Of a stretch of DNA of 64,000 nt, positions 62,918-64,000 are shown one piece after another (the first letter of the stretch is position 1; every line of letters starts with the position of its first letter). The position numbers and the translations under genes were made by a program. The DNA comes from Promethearchaeota archaeon (lineage in GTDB: Archaea; Asgardarchaeota; Lokiarchaeia; Sigyniarchaeales; SOKP01), in assembly GCA_048937405.1 (NCBI GenBank), contig JBHLNF010000010.1, forward strand, positions 21,338 through 85,337. Direction: 5' to 3'. The notes below the pieces were generated by a model. The model was given only the letters and a program-made list of their open reading frames with translations, was not told the origin of the DNA and ran no database searches.

Positions 62918-63013
62918 TTAAGACATATTTTCTAAGAATATCATAATGTTTACTATAAAAATTGCAGAAAACACAATGATTATTATGATTCTTAAAACTA
63001 ATATCTTTTTCAT
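62918..63013 (-). CDS. Unannotated 31-aa single-TM peptide MKKILVLRIIIIIVFSAIFIVNIMIFLENMS
   Basis: GGAGG SD 8 nt before ATG, open frame to TAA, fills the gap ahead of the membrane array. Confidence 0.55.
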   Translation of the reverse strand: MKKILVLRIIIIIVFSAIFIVNIMIFLENMS

Positions 63014-63103
63014 TAATTTATCCTCCGTTGATTTATTATTTTTTATTTCTTAATTGATAACCTATTAGAAAAAAGAAAGAAATGAAATTTCTTCGAACTA
63101 ATT

Positions 63104-64000
63104 TTACTCCAATCTATTCAATTTTTTCATACCAAAATACAAAAGTGGAAGGCTCACCCCGATATTATACAGAAATAGAGGTGCTTGTATAACTAACCTC
63201 ATCATCTCTACATTTCCAGGATTAATAAATATCAATAATCCTATTGGTATAAACATTAAAGGTTGTAAAAGTAACATAGAGATCATTGTATTTCCTTTCA
63301 TACTTGAATCTTTTTCTCCGAAAGCGGGAGAAATACATTGGAGTCCCATCGCTTGACACATTGAAATCTCTGCAAACATCAAAAATTCAACAAAAAAAAT
63401 CACTGTATTGAAAAGATCTATATCAGAGAATATCGTAAGCATTGTAGTAATAAATATTGTTAAGAAGATATTAAAGATTAGCATTATAAGCAGATAAGAA
63501 TATACAATTGCTTTAATTCCCCTTGGAGATCTCTTGTAAACCCAAATTAAATCCTTTGAATCAATAAAAGCGAGATGCCCAACAATTATACTTCCTATTC
63601 CTCCTCCTATAGCTATCAATATAGTAGAACTGAAAATTGTCATAGCTTCATCCTCAACCATTCTTGAAATAAACCAACTCATAAATCCTAGAAGTCCTAC
63701 TACATAAGCAACTCTAGCAATATTCGCCTTTTTTCTGAAAAACCTTTTTAGTTGTATAACAATTAAACCTCCCCACTTACGACCAGAAATTTTTCTCACG
63801 AGCTTATAGAAGGGATTTTCATGCTCAATGATTGTAATACTGCTCTTTTCGACACCACCTTCTAAAGTATAGAAGGATTCCGCTTTTCTATATGAAAGAT
63901 ATAAGGTAATAATTGGTATCCCAACGGCTAATAACACATTAATCCATATATTCAGTATGAAAGTATTAATTAAAACGGGATCAATTGAGTACAATATAAT
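63104..64000 (-). CDS. ABC exporter permease (5'-truncated), paralog of 28812-30428
   Basis: Shared FY.LEGGVEK, QLK.FFRKK.N, SKDL.WVYK.SPR and SPAF.EK motifs. Confidence 0.85.
   Translation of the reverse strand: MILYSIDPVLINTFILNIWINVLLAVGIPIITLYLSYRKAESFYTLEGGVEKSSITIIEHENPFYKLVRKISGRKWGGLIVIQLKRFFRKKANIARVAYVVGLLGFMSWFISRMVEDEAMTIFSSTILIAIGGGIGSIIVGHLAFIDSKDLIWVYKRSPRGIKAIVYSYLLIMLIFNIFLTIFITTMLTIFSDIDLFNTVIFFVEFLMFAEISMCQAMGLQCISPAFGEKDSSMKGNTMISMLLLQPLMFIPIGLLIFINPGNVEMMRLVIQAPLFLYNIGVSLPLLYFGMKKLNRLE

Noticed and set aside
1-64000. CRISPR array, tRNA/rRNA, selenoprotein or SECIS
   Set aside because: No regularly spaced repeats, no GC-rich structured RNA, and no convincing in-frame TGA at a catalytic Cys position seen by eye.

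Overview
Low-GC archaeal DNA, most consistent with Asgard archaea (Lokiarchaeia-like). The basis is gene content: an HMf-type histone, two Roadblock/Rab-like GTPase fusions, a stand-alone Rab-like GTPase, a longin-Roadblock fusion, a RING-H2/TPR protein, a UBC/RWD-like-JAB fusion, multi-PAS kinase, and expanded acyl-CoA ligase and OYE families. I saw no rRNA, tRNA or CRISPR array. Main points: (1) a 3.3-14 kb cluster puts a putative ubiquitin writer (RING-H2-TPR) and eraser (RWD/UEV-like-JAMM) around a histone, a GNAT and two paralogous Roadblock-GTPase-pseudoGTPase proteins with non-canonical G1/G3 motifs; (2) between those paralogs lies a cassette with a tandem GNAT, a B12-radical SAM enzyme, an RHH regulator and two small proteins; (3) five or six genes appear to start at ATA, ATT or CTG 5-6 nt after a GGTGA/GGTGG Shine-Dalgarno, supported by paralog N-termini; (4) a CMD/AhpD gene is split by a 2 kb insert bounded by 75-bp direct repeats; (5) a free-standing LAGLIDADG gene is frameshifted; (6) tandem paralogs carry gene-conversion-like identical patches; (7) an unannotated 31-aa membrane peptide heads an array of four membrane paralogs. 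All calls come from motif recognition by eye; no searches were run.
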